A stretch of DNA of 64,000 bases from positions 1 to 64,000 of IMG/VR virus record IMGVR_UViG_3300025890_003315. The stretch is one strand, 5' to 3'. Under the pieces are notes generated by a model that worked only from the letters and a program-made list of their open reading frames with translations, ran no database searches and had not been told where the DNA came from. Source of the stretch: a virus (lineage: Duplodnaviria; Caudoviricetes). Positions 18,542 through 28,277 of this stretch are shown in pieces. How positions within the stretch are numbered: position 1 is the first letter of the stretch; each line of letters starts with the position of its first letter. A program made the position numbers and the translations under genes.

Positions 18542-21500
18542 CTATAATGTTGGTTCAGGAATAACTTGAGCAGTCGGACCATTTAATCCATTCCAAAGTA
18601 TTCCTACTGTCATAATTTCTGCTGTGACATTTTTCTTTGGCGTTATCGTTACTGAGACGTATTCAACCGAAGCGAAAGTCCATTTCCTTATTACGTAGAA
18701 TTTGTAAGAAAGGTCATTTTTCTGCCAATTTTCCGTTGATGTTACAGTTTGTCTATCCGGCGCTAGCGTTGCAACAGTAGAAAGTTTTATTTTATTATCC
18801 GTGCTTCCAATTGCCTGTTCAACATATCTACCATTTGAAAATAGTATTCTGCTATTTGCAGGTATTGGTTCTAAAAGAGATCCTTCGATACTCACTGTTG
18901 TCTCAAGGTCTTTGTATACGCTAGATGAAAGAGTCTCTGTGGGATCTCCGTTCCACATTATATGTAGAACATCCCCACCATTTATATTTGATGTGATGGT
19001 AAAGTCTTCTGCTAATCCAAAAGAGTAAATGTTAAATTGATTAACCCTTAAATTATATGCGTAATAAGCAAACTGCTGAAAGAGGGATGTATAGCGAATA
19101 CTATTCGCTTTTGTTACGCATTCTAATTTAAGATAAGCTCTGAAAATACTTCTTGCATCTGGCTCGCCATTTCTTTTTATTAAAATTGCTGGGGATACTT
19201 CAAAGTTTTTCGCATTGTCCATTACACTACTTAATGTAGTCAATCCTTTTTGTGCTTTTTCAGCTTCGAAGCTATCAAGCAATGTTATAGCGACATATTT
19301 TTCTTTGGAAAAGATTTGCGCCGGAATAGTGATTTTTTCTTTGGCTTTTGCGTCATTCTTATTTACAAAAGTCGCAACTTTGGTGATAGTACCAGTAAAT
19401 GGCTCTGATCTAGAGGCAAATATAGGAAATTCACTGGGAACTGTTGGTCTGTTTCCTGTATATCCTGTAAGTGTGTAGTCTCCATAAGCATCTTGTGTAA
19501 ATCCAGATTGTTTGACATCGTTTCCATTAAACCAAATGTCAGAGTAATAAACGATAGCTCCTGCTGTGTCGTTTATTCCATTCATGCTAGCATAATTTGT
19601 TTCGCCATCTTCGTCCCTGAAGATTTTTAATTCAATGTCTCCATTAAAGTTTAAAAATTGTTGGGTAACATAATTCGTTGGGTCATCAGTGTTTGCCCCG
19701 AGAATTTTTGAAGTTGCGAAATTAAAGTTGAAGTCATCAAAAACTTCTGGTTGGTCTGGGCTGTATGGATTTGAAAATGAATTCTTCTCTTCAGCAACAA
19801 TTGAGGCTTTTGCATTTGTTAAATGCACATCTGGAGTCATTATAATTTGCGGAATGGCTGGGTTTCTGACTTGCAAAATGTCGTAACCTTTATTTGCGTT
19901 GAGGCTTTGAGAGAAAACTGAATTTTCTCCAGAGTTTTCTGAGTCAGAAACGAAGTTATAGCCAACACTGCTGTTTCCATCAAGATCGTGAGCTTCTATA
20001 ACAACGTCGTAGTTTCTAAAAGGTCCGTTTTTTCCATTTTTAACATTAAAAGTTTGAACGTTGTCTGGTAAATCTGCTCTTGGAAACACATAATTTTCAT
20101 AATCAGGGTAATCTCTACCATTGGTTGCGATTACAGCAATTCCTGATAAATTTTGTTCGTAACTGAAATTCAGAGCATTTTCGTTCAATGACAAACCTGT
20201 TTGCTCAAAGTATATAACTGGACTTGGCAAATTGGAGTCTGGACCAGATGGTTCTCTTACTGTGAATCTATACAAAAGATCTTTAGCTTGTAAATTCAAA
20301 GTTGTTTGAGCTAGCGAGCTATTCCAAGAAAAGCTTGGTCCAAGAATATCTGTAGATTGACCTGTTTTGTGCGCTGGATTGTTTGATCCTGTTTGCGTTT
20401 CCAAAGTCAAATCAGAAATTATAATATTTTGAATGATTGGAGCTTGATCTATAGTCTGGAAGCCTGAAACTGAAGTGTTTGATGGTAAGCTGATTGGGTT
20501 TCTGGAATAAGCCCTGAAAAGATAAGTTCCATCTTCCAGTGGAGCATAACTGCTTGAAATTTGTTCTCCTGTTGCTGGTAAAATGTTAATCAGATACTCT
20601 GAATCTGGAGTTGCATCTACTACCACGCCGCCTCTTTGAGAAAAGTCTGTTCCTATCCATCCGCCATCTCCTATCCCAGATTTTTTAGCATAAATAGCCA
20701 CACTTTTTATTCCGCTCAAACTATTGTCTGGTAATATTACTGTAAAAGGAATTTGAGAAAATTCACTATCTTCACCTTCGGCATTTTGTATAAATTCAAC
20801 ATCTCCAATTATCAATTCGTTTGGAGGATCTGGTATAGCATATATGTTTGTATTTTCTATTTTTGTGGAATTATCTACTTTAGTATATTTCTCTGGCTTG
20901 TAAATAATGCATTGGACATCATATTTTGATGCTGGCTCTGATTCTGCCACAGATATAACTCTGTATAATTCATCTGGATTTTTATCTATTTCCCCATTAG
21001 AATGAATAGTAAATACATTGACGCCGCTTACTTGATAATCAGAAATATCTAAAGTGTCGTTAGTGGTTATTTGTGTTCTTACGATGTTGTCTGCGCCTGT
21101 TACTCCAGAAGCCAACGAGCCAGCAAAAGAAAATGATTGAATTGCACTTCTGTCAATTCCAGAAATATCATCAGATGTCAATCCGGTGACTAGTGCTGGG
21201 TCATATTGATAAGTTGGAGTAAGAAGTGAGAACTCGTAAGTTTCAGCGCCACTTAGTGGTATTTCAGAATCAAGTGTTATTTGAGTTTCTGACGCAGTGG
21301 CAGAAATGTTTTTTATTCTGCCGCCGTGCCTTTTGCTTGTTTTTGTGTTATCGGCTATTCTGACTACATCTCCGGGTTCAAGAAGCGCGGCTTCAATGCC
21401 AGCCCCAAAGCTCATTGTCTCTGTTTCTAAATTGTCAGTGCTAATAACCCATCTTCCAAGTCTTTGAGCTTGAGATTTCCTAGTGATACCAAAAGCTGTA

Positions 21501-23182
21501 ACTTCTTTTCTGATCACTCCGTTTCTTCTTATTCCATCAATATCTTCTATTACTTCTATGGATGGTTCATAATCATTATTTCTATCGTTGTATCTTACTG
21601 CTATAGTATTGAATCTTGATTTTCTGGAGCTTGATTGATACTTAAAATCGCCATCTTCTACATTTGCATTTGTGAATGTATGAATTGGATCAGAAGGTTT
21701 GTCTTGAAAAGCGCGAATGCTACCGCCAGCGTAATAAATCAAACCTCTAAAAATAGATGCGAAATCTTGCAGTGCCGTGTACGCATCCAATCTATCATTA
21801 AAATAAAGATCGCAACTAAATCTTGGTTCGTATCCACCTTTTCCATCTGAAACCATTTCGTCGCAATACTGCGCGATTTCATATAAAGTCCATTTATCCA
21901 CCAAACTTTCTTGGATTTGATCGCCAAGGCCGTATCTTTTGTTTGTCAGTAAGTCGTAAAAACACCAAGCTGGATTGTCGGTCCATTGTTTTTCTGCGTG
22001 GAACGTGCCGTCCCAGCTTCCAGTATATCTCTTTGTAATTGGATCGTAATTTGATGGAACTTTGACTTTCAAAAGATCTACTTCAAACCTTCTGCTAGGA
22101 GTAGAACTGAAGTATTCAGCTTCAAATTTACAGCTTACAATTGCACTATTAGGATATCCATATTGATCTCCATAGTATTCTATCAAACTGTCGATTACGC
22201 TTTGATCTGTTCTATCGGAATTTATCGAGTCGGAAGTAAGCCTTCTTACCTTTATTTCAAAACCCATAAAATTTGGGTTATTTAAATCTTCTTGGGTTAG
22301 ACCTGTGTCAAATGGAATAGCTTGTATGTACCCTTGAGATATTTTACCTTTTATAGTTTTAGCTTCTTTTAAAGTATAATCCTGCGTTCCATTATTTCCT
22401 TCTGCATTTGAAAAAAGTTTTCTTGAAAAAATTTCTATTTCAACTTCAGTTTCTTTTGAATCCCCAAATCCTTTTCCGGCTGGTGCGCCGGGAGGATTTG
22501 TTCTTGGCCCAGTTTTATTTATGGCTCTTAATGTATTGAATCTTATGTTTACTTGCGCTCTCCTGCAAAACTTGTTTAGAATTCTGTAATATTTCGAAAA
22601 TGTGTCTTCTCCAACATCAGGGTCAACTTGTGTTGAGCCATCTTCAAGAACAATGATGTTTGGCCCTCTTAATCTTTCTCCGATTGTTCTTGCAACCGAA
22701 AGTCCGTTTCCATCTGGATTGCTGATTTGCGTTTCTTCAGAAGGAGTTGGGCCACCTTTTGATTCTGTAAAATTGATTTGTTGAAAATTAAACTTGCCAT
22801 CTCCATCTACAAGTGGGACATTATTTAAGTAAACAGACTGAAGGTTGTAGTATGTTCCTTCGCCAAGTGCCACTCCGGGGTTTTTGATAAATTCAGAAGA
22901 ATAATATCCTGTTTGACCCTCAAGGCCGATATGGTTATAATAGCCAGTAACAAGACCTTGGATTTCTCCTTCTGACAAAAGATCGGATGCCCTAACTTTT
23001 GTGAGAGAAACGGCTCTGGTAAATGTTGTAGACTCTGTGTCATTTGGGTCTTCACGCTGATTTAAAACGCCTTCATCTACTTCTTGAGGGTCTCTAGGAT
23101 CTCGGGGTGGAGGTGGGCCACCACCTTGCCCTTGATAAAAGACAATTTGCTCGTTTTCTTTTGATTCGTCTTTTTTCATCAA
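18542..23182 (-). CDS. Tail tip/host-specificity protein (lambda gpJ-like)
   Basis: DLLSEGEIQGLV, YPNSAIV, VKVPSNYDP, WTDNPAWCFYDLLTNKRYGLG, YEPRFSC, QAQRLGRW, LEPGDVVRIAD. Confidence 0.92.
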   Translation of the reverse strand: MMKKDESKENEQIVFYQGQGGGPPPPRDPRDPQEVDEGVLNQREDPNDTESTTFTRAVSLTKVRASDLLSEGEIQGLVTGYYNHIGLEGQTGYYSSEFIKNPGVALGEGTYYNLQSVYLNNVPLVDGDGKFNFQQINFTESKGGPTPSEETQISNPDGNGLSVARTIGERLRGPNIIVLEDGSTQVDPDVGEDTFSKYYRILNKFCRRAQVNIRFNTLRAINKTGPRTNPPGAPAGKGFGDSKETEVEIEIFSRKLFSNAEGNNGTQDYTLKEAKTIKGKISQGYIQAIPFDTGLTQEDLNNPNFMGFEIKVRRLTSDSINSDRTDQSVIDSLIEYYGDQYGYPNSAIVSCKFEAEYFSSTPSRRFEVDLLKVKVPSNYDPITKRYTGSWDGTFHAEKQWTDNPAWCFYDLLTNKRYGLGDQIQESLVDKWTLYEIAQYCDEMVSDGKGGYEPRFSCDLYFNDRLDAYTALQDFASIFRGLIYYAGGSIRAFQDKPSDPIHTFTNANVEDGDFKYQSSSRKSRFNTIAVRYNDRNNDYEPSIEVIEDIDGIRRNGVIRKEVTAFGITRKSQAQRLGRWVISTDNLETETMSFGAGIEAALLEPGDVVRIADNTKTSKRHGGRIKNISATASETQITLDSEIPLSGAETYEFSLLTPTYQYDPALVTGLTSDDISGIDRSAIQSFSFAGSLASGVTGADNIVRTQITTNDTLDISDYQVSGVNVFTIHSNGEIDKNPDELYRVISVAESEPASKYDVQCIIYKPEKYTKVDNSTKIENTNIYAIPDPPNELIIGDVEFIQNAEGEDSEFSQIPFTVILPDNSLSGIKSVAIYAKKSGIGDGGWIGTDFSQRGGVVVDATPDSEYLINILPATGEQISSSYAPLEDGTYLFRAYSRNPISLPSNTSVSGFQTIDQAPIIQNIIISDLTLETQTGSNNPAHKTGQSTDILGPSFSWNSSLAQTTLNLQAKDLLYRFTVREPSGPDSNLPSPVIYFEQTGLSLNENALNFSYEQNLSGIAVIATNGRDYPDYENYVFPRADLPDNVQTFNVKNGKNGPFRNYDVVIEAHDLDGNSSVGYNFVSDSENSGENSVFSQSLNANKGYDILQVRNPAIPQIIMTPDVHLTNAKASIVAEEKNSFSNPYSPDQPEVFDDFNFNFATSKILGANTDDPTNYVTQQFLNFNGDIELKIFRDEDGETNYASMNGINDTAGAIVYYSDIWFNGNDVKQSGFTQDAYGDYTLTGYTGNRPTVPSEFPIFASRSEPFTGTITKVATFVNKNDAKAKEKITIPAQIFSKEKYVAITLLDSFEAEKAQKGLTTLSSVMDNAKNFEVSPAILIKRNGEPDARSIFRAYLKLECVTKANSIRYTSLFQQFAYYAYNLRVNQFNIYSFGLAEDFTITSNINGGDVLHIMWNGDPTETLSSSVYKDLETTVSIEGSLLEPIPANSRILFSNGRYVEQAIGSTDNKIKLSTVATLAPDRQTVTSTENWQKNDLSYKFYVIRKWTFASVEYVSVTITPKKNVTAEIMTVGILWNGLNGPTAQVIPEPTL

Positions 23183-23847
23183 GACGTTAATGGGTTAGTG
23201 TCTGCATCTGCGTAAGTGATTTCGTATGTAGCGTCAATAGATTGACTTCCTATTTTAAGGCGACCATATCCAAAGGGTACTGCTCTGCCTTCGCCTTGCA
23301 CGTTTTCTGGGCCGTTAAACAAATAAGATCTTTTGCCTCCTGCTGTACCGGTATCTTCAAAAGCTGCAAATACCGGCGGCTTGGACAAAAGCACTGATAC
23401 GCCAGCAGCTAAAAGACCGAGTCCAGCCATTATCAAGGGTACGCCAAGTGCCGGGTTCCCACTAGCGGTAAGAACAACGCCAACTACTATCAAAACTACC
23501 GCGACAATAACAGTTATAATTGCAAGAAAGCCATCTCCAGAACCTTGAATTACTGGCACAATGTCTATTGTATCAAGATTTTTTCTTTCTATTACAATTT
23601 CTGAACTGTTTACTTTATCGACACTATCAATTTTTTTATGCTTTGAAGCTACACCTTTTCCATTTACAAGAATTCTATATTCATTATGAAAGTTATTGTC
23701 TTTCATAAAATATTTACTCAGCTTTTTTCCGCTTATTTTATTTACAGCGTGAAGAGCCTCTTTGACAGATCCTACAGACAAATTATATTCTTTGCCCATA
23801 TACTCGCCAAGTTCTCCATGAAATTTTATTTTTGTAAGTTTTTTCAT
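23179..23847 (-). CDS. Tail assembly protein I (lambda gpI-like)
   Basis: IKFHGELG ubiquitin-like N-terminus, hydrophobic segment, SYLFNGPEN...VPFGYG...IGSQ C-terminus. Confidence 0.9.
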   Translation of the reverse strand: MKKLTKIKFHGELGEYMGKEYNLSVGSVKEALHAVNKISGKKLSKYFMKDNNFHNEYRILVNGKGVASKHKKIDSVDKVNSSEIVIERKNLDTIDIVPVIQGSGDGFLAIITVIVAVVLIVVGVVLTASGNPALGVPLIMAGLGLLAAGVSVLLSKPPVFAAFEDTGTAGGKRSYLFNGPENVQGEGRAVPFGYGRLKIGSQSIDATYEITYADADTNPLTS

Positions 23848-24959
23848 AATAAACTTTCGTGTCTTAAAAATTTGATTTCTCCGTTGCTTTTACTTTCAAA
23901 CTCTTGCATTGAACAAATTGCAGAAATACCGTTTCTTGCATAATCTAAAACTTTATCTTCTCCCAAATAAACAGATATGTGACAAAAGCCTTTGGCAAAA
24001 TTGTAAGAATTAGACAGTATTATGTCATGTTTTCTTGGATCGCTCACTTCAATAAAATTTCTATTTAAGTAAAAATCTACTAAAACCATCGCATCTTCAT
24101 TTTGCCAATATTCTTTACACTTTTTGATAAAAGCTTTATTGAATCTATGAAACCTGAATGGGTGGTTCATAGTCGGAAAGTCTATGTTTAATTCTTTTTT
24201 ATAATAATCCTGAGCTAAAGAAGAGCAATCGACAACACCGGGAACCAATGTCCTGCCGATGTAAGCGAGTTCTTTTTGCGGGAGAAAGCACTTGAATTCG
24301 TCAGTCAAAACATTGTATAATATATACTTTGTTTGAGTTTTTGTGGAAACTTGTTCATCTGCATCTGAAAAAGTAGCATATTCGTCTTTACAATGAGAAT
24401 GAAAAACAAATTCGACTTGCTCTTTGTATTTTTCTGACTCTGATTGTTGAATTGCGAAGAAATTTATTTTATCAGAAGATTTATTCTCGCAGAAAACAAC
24501 TTGGCCATTTTTAAGACCAAGACCGCAAGCTTCTTCTGGGTACTTTTCTAAACAATACTTTTTGATAGTTTCTTTCTGACTTTCAGTTAAATTGTCTTTT
24601 GGATTTTTTGAGACATACAAATCAATTGAGTCTTCTGACTCATCTGGTCGAATAATTTTAAATTTTTGATTTTTTCCGCTGAAAATGATGAGCGGCATTT
24701 GGTAGTTTTTTTGATTGAATTTATCATTGAGAGATGCTTCGGAAAAACTATCTGGATGAGAATGATAAACAGCCCAAGCTCCAAGATCTTTGGCTTTCAA
24801 GTAGTCAACTGGCGAAATTGTAAAATTGGAAATTTTATCTTTAGCTTGATTGTTGCATTTGAGTATCGTGTCTGGTAAAACAAAGCCACAACATTCTTCT
24901 GGATAAATTTCTTCAGAATGTTTTTTAATTTCTTCTTTTTGTTTGTTAGATAAAATCAT
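23844..24959 (-). CDS. Tail assembly protein K-like with two JAB/MPN domains plus NlpC/P60
   Basis: EECCG...HSHPDSFSEASLND; EEACG...HSHCKDEYATFSDAD; then DCSSL...HISVYLG. Confidence 0.85.
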   Translation of the reverse strand: MILSNKQKEEIKKHSEEIYPEECCGFVLPDTILKCNNQAKDKISNFTISPVDYLKAKDLGAWAVYHSHPDSFSEASLNDKFNQKNYQMPLIIFSGKNQKFKIIRPDESEDSIDLYVSKNPKDNLTESQKETIKKYCLEKYPEEACGLGLKNGQVVFCENKSSDKINFFAIQQSESEKYKEQVEFVFHSHCKDEYATFSDADEQVSTKTQTKYILYNVLTDEFKCFLPQKELAYIGRTLVPGVVDCSSLAQDYYKKELNIDFPTMNHPFRFHRFNKAFIKKCKEYWQNEDAMVLVDFYLNRNFIEVSDPRKHDIILSNSYNFAKGFCHISVYLGEDKVLDYARNGISAICSMQEFESKSNGEIKFLRHESLL

Positions 24960-26038
24960 GTTTTATTAACTGCTGGAAAACCTCCGTATGGCAAAACTCC
25001 TTGCCATCTAAGTTTGCATCCTTGGATGCTTTTTGAACATTGATCTGCTATCCAATAATCAGTATTTGGTGGAGCAGTATCCAAATTCGGAGCATGTTCC
25101 ACTTTGCATACAAAATGATATTCAACCCCATTTTTTGTTATAAATACCATTTCTCCAGCTGTATAATTTGACCCTTTGCCTTTGTCCCATAAACTTGGTG
25201 CTGGAAGATTTGGATTTAACCTTAAAATTCCATTTTGATTGTTTGGTGATTCATCGAAAATTCTTTCATTTAAATCGGTAGCAACTGGTGTATAATTTGA
25301 ATTTTTAGGGTTTAAAATCCCACGACTTGTAGTTCCGTGTGTACTAGCTGATAAGTTATTAGTATAACAACATCCTTCTCCTCTGTATTGCCACTGACAT
25401 CTATCTTGAATAACCAGTCTTTTTGGAACGCCAAAATTTTCCAAGTCAATGGAACTGGTCATTTCAAAAGAAAGAGTTTGATTTGACTCACTAGTTTTTC
25501 TGTCGATATAATAAATATCGTAATTTAAAATTGCATTTGGATCTGGATCGTGATCTTTTATAAGTGAAGTTAAAAAAGAACTGTTTTTTCCGTCTGGATC
25601 AGAGCCGTCAATAAACTTTGCGAAAGTTCTTATTCGTGTAAATTTTGCTCCGGTTAGATCACCTATTTGAGCCAAAACTGTTTTCAGTTTAGAAAGAGCT
25701 TTTACTCCATCTGATTTTACAGCAATAGACATTGTTGGCCTCGGTAGCGAGCCTTTTGTTGCTAGCTCAAATCCTTCTACTGCTACAGGAGCGGCAATAT
25801 ACTCTTTATCGTTAAAATAAATACTTCTTGTTGTTAATGATATAGAGTTGTGAAATCTGAATATTCTATCGTTTTCATTATCTTCGGTTGAATTTCTAAT
25901 TCCTAAATCAAATTGAATATCAGAAGTATCTATTTCAAAGAAGTCAATTACAGCAGAAGGATCGATAGAATTGGCTTCCTTAGCAGCTTTTTTTATGCTG
26001 CTTCTAGCTTCTGCCGGTGTCATTGAGTAGTCAGCCAT
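24956..26038 (-). CDS. Minor tail protein L (lambda gpL-like)
   Basis: PVAVEGFE...PRPTM, TRIRTFAKFIDG, CQWQYRGEGCCY, DQCSKSIQGCKLRW...YGGFP. Confidence 0.92.
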   Translation of the reverse strand: MADYSMTPAEARSSIKKAAKEANSIDPSAVIDFFEIDTSDIQFDLGIRNSTEDNENDRIFRFHNSISLTTRSIYFNDKEYIAAPVAVEGFELATKGSLPRPTMSIAVKSDGVKALSKLKTVLAQIGDLTGAKFTRIRTFAKFIDGSDPDGKNSSFLTSLIKDHDPDPNAILNYDIYYIDRKTSESNQTLSFEMTSSIDLENFGVPKRLVIQDRCQWQYRGEGCCYTNNLSASTHGTTSRGILNPKNSNYTPVATDLNERIFDESPNNQNGILRLNPNLPAPSLWDKGKGSNYTAGEMVFITKNGVEYHFVCKVEHAPNLDTAPPNTDYWIADQCSKSIQGCKLRWQGVLPYGGFPAVNKT

Positions 26039-26039
26039 T

Positions 26040-26582
26040 TTATACTGGTACTTCCGTAAATTCTGCGTTTATGGAAATATTATTGTAAAATTGAGATTGT
26101 TGCGTCCAGTTCATGCATATGAAAAGCCTCATTGTTGCGTATGGCTCGGGTGGAGTGAACGAAAATGCCTCTGATCCATTTCTGGCATTCAAAAAATGCA
26201 AAATAGCTTTAGCTTCTTTGGCGGATCTATTTTCAAAAGCAAATGTTCCTTGTAAAAGGATATTGTTTACAGATTCTGGAATTCTTTGCTGGTATCCTTC
26301 TCCGAATTGAGTAATTTTTGTTCTTGGTTGGTTTTGTATGCTCGCTCCATAAGATGGTGTAAAGAAAAAATGTGGCCTTGTAGCATCAGTTGTATTAGTG
26401 TTTGTAATTACTGTTCCGAATGGATCAGTGGTGTGTCCACCAAAATTATCTGTGCTGAAAGAAGCTGCTGAACTATCTCTTGTAGCATAGTATATTTTGT
26501 CATTGTATTTGACAATGTCGTACTTTGTATAAGAAGTTGCCGCCGCCCACTCTGATACTGGACTGTATATAGATAATGCCAT
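26040..26582 (-). CDS. Minor tail protein M (lambda gpM-like) with N-terminal carbohydrate-binding-like module
   Basis: QFGEGYQQR...NN...FLNARNGSEAFSFTPP; N-terminal WAAATSYTKYDIVKYNDKIY resembles a chitin-binding type 3 repeat. Confidence 0.85.
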   Translation of the reverse strand: MALSIYSPVSEWAAATSYTKYDIVKYNDKIYYATRDSSAASFSTDNFGGHTTDPFGTVITNTNTTDATRPHFFFTPSYGASIQNQPRTKITQFGEGYQQRIPESVNNILLQGTFAFENRSAKEAKAILHFLNARNGSEAFSFTPPEPYATMRLFICMNWTQQSQFYNNISINAEFTEVPV

Positions 26583-26645
26583 GACCTTTTACCTTATTAT
26601 ATTTTACACGTTTTTTTTATAAAATACAAGTGTAATTTTAAAAGG

Positions 26646-27473
26646 ATGGCTTTATACAAACTAACAAGAGAAGACCAGCATTTTTTTATAAATACTGGAG
26701 AAGTGTTTGGAGTTCAAAGTGTTTCAGCAAGCTTTGAGAATCCAACGCAGACACTAGAATTTATTGGGATGGACAAAGGATCTTTGATTCCTGCTGGACC
26801 AAGAAACGGTAGCGTGAGTGTATCTCAGTTTTTAGTAACTGACGAAAGTTTTCTTCAATACACTGGAGACGTAGCTTTTAGTGGGTATTTGCTTAAATCT
26901 AGAGAGGATTTTTCTCAAAATTTTAGTTTTAAATCTGGGTATATGACCAATTATAGAGTCAGTTGTGGTATTGGCAGTATTCCAGAAATTTCTGTAAATA
27001 TAGAGTCTTTTGACAAAGCTGGAAATATTCCTGCTGGTGAGATACCAATAAATATTCAGAATTCATCCTCTTCTTTCGATTTTAAAGTCGCTGACCCCGG
27101 TTCTGTGGAATTGAGTTTGGATACGTTCAATACAAATAGATGCTCTTCTTTCGAGATTTCCATAGATTGCTCAAGGGAACCTTATTATATATTGGGTCAA
27201 TATCAACCAAAAGAAGTTGTATCTAGATATCCATTTCCAGTAGAAGTGAGTTTTACTTTAGAAGTAGACGACTACTCAGGACAAAATAATTTTGATTACC
27301 CTTGTTCAAAACAAGCAGAAGACTTGACTATAACATTAAAAGATTTGGAGAATCAACAAACTTTGGTGACTTATTCTTTTTCTGATATGACAAAAGTTTC
27401 TGAGTCTGTTTCTAGTGAAACCACCACAAATGTACAGGTCAATTTGTCTTATCGTGGGTATATAGGTAGATAA
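26646..27473 (+). CDS. Tail tube paralog (possible tube initiator/distal tail protein)
   Basis: Aligns by eye with 7146..8378 (GYMTNYRVSCGIGSIPEISVNIESFD vs GYLTSYSTEASVGGLPSVSVNVEALN; DCSREP vs DLSREP). Confidence 0.65.
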   Translation: MALYKLTREDQHFFINTGEVFGVQSVSASFENPTQTLEFIGMDKGSLIPAGPRNGSVSVSQFLVTDESFLQYTGDVAFSGYLLKSREDFSQNFSFKSGYMTNYRVSCGIGSIPEISVNIESFDKAGNIPAGEIPINIQNSSSSFDFKVADPGSVELSLDTFNTNRCSSFEISIDCSREPYYILGQYQPKEVVSRYPFPVEVSFTLEVDDYSGQNNFDYPCSKQAEDLTITLKDLENQQTLVTYSFSDMTKVSESVSSETTTNVQVNLSYRGYIGR

Positions 27474-28181
27474 TTATTTTTTAGCTTTGAGTTTTTTGAT
27501 AATTTCTACCTGCCAAACAGGAGAGATCTCTTCAACGCAAGTAATTTTGTCAGCGTTTTTGAATTTAGCTTTAATCAGCTTGTCTTTGACTTGCTCAAAA
27601 GACACATTCTTTTGTTCCATGAGCTTTTTTAGTGTTTCGGTTTTGTCAACCTCAATACAGCTTTGAGATTCTTCTGTGTAGGTTTCTTGACTTTTTACTT
27701 CTCCAAGCTCAATATCAGAAACAATATTGATTCTCAAAAAGCTTCTCACAGCCCTAGAGAAAGCTCTATTTTCTGCTATAGCAGCAAGAAAGTTTTTTGC
27801 AAAGCTTTTCGTATTGCCGATGTGAGCATCTGCGACAGAAGAAAAGGCTACATTTTTATTGTCAGATGTTTCAAAATTGGGAATCCAATCAATTTGGCAA
27901 CTGATTGCAACATAATCTAGATTGGCATTAACAACTGTATAAAAAACATTTGCAAAACCTCTCCATTGCGCGAGTTCTTTTAGTCCACCAAGCATTATGC
28001 ACAAGTCTTTGTCTTGTAACTCTGATACAGGAGTATTTCTTTTACAAATGCCTCTCTCGACGCTAGATGGATTAGGATAAAGCCATTTGTCGTCTAACAT
28101 GGCTCGCCAATCAATAAGACCTTGGTCGTCATATTTGTATTCTAGTCCATCAACCAATCCATTCGCATCTCTTTTAAACAT
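27474..28181 (-). CDS. Hypothetical protein, possible ssDNA-annealing recombinase (Rad52/ERF/Sak-like)
   Basis: AIAENRAFSRAVRSFLRINI resembles the AEtRAxxRA helix of annealing proteins. Family assignment is tentative. Confidence 0.4.
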   Translation of the reverse strand: MFKRDANGLVDGLEYKYDDQGLIDWRAMLDDKWLYPNPSSVERGICKRNTPVSELQDKDLCIMLGGLKELAQWRGFANVFYTVVNANLDYVAISCQIDWIPNFETSDNKNVAFSSVADAHIGNTKSFAKNFLAAIAENRAFSRAVRSFLRINIVSDIELGEVKSQETYTEESQSCIEVDKTETLKKLMEQKNVSFEQVKDKLIKAKFKNADKITCVEEISPVWQVEIIKKLKAKK

Positions 28182-28216
28182 ATCTTATATTCACTTATAA
28201 TTTACCTTTTGTCAAG

Positions 28217-28248
28217 AAAAAAAATGGCCCCAGCCGAAGCTGGGACCA
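28217..28248 (-). terminator. Rho-independent terminator (cUUCGg loop) after the outer-membrane protein gene
   Basis: Minus strand TGGTCCCAGC-TTCG-GCTGGGGCCA followed by T8. Confidence 0.9.
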
Positions 28249-28277
28249 AGGGTCCCCCACACAACTATGACGTATGA

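Noticed and set aside
10742-22784. Many short antisense ORFs in the track overlapping the tape measure and gpJ
   Set aside because: They are shadows of long genes, with no motifs or translation signals.
23844-24959. CBASS/Bil-type defence JAB gene
   Set aside because: It sits in the L-K-I-J position with NlpC/P60, so it is a tail assembly protein; no cyclase or E1/E2 is nearby.
7146-27473. Contractile tail
   Set aside because: No sheath or baseplate wedge genes; a lambda-like tip and long tape measure indicate a non-contractile tail.
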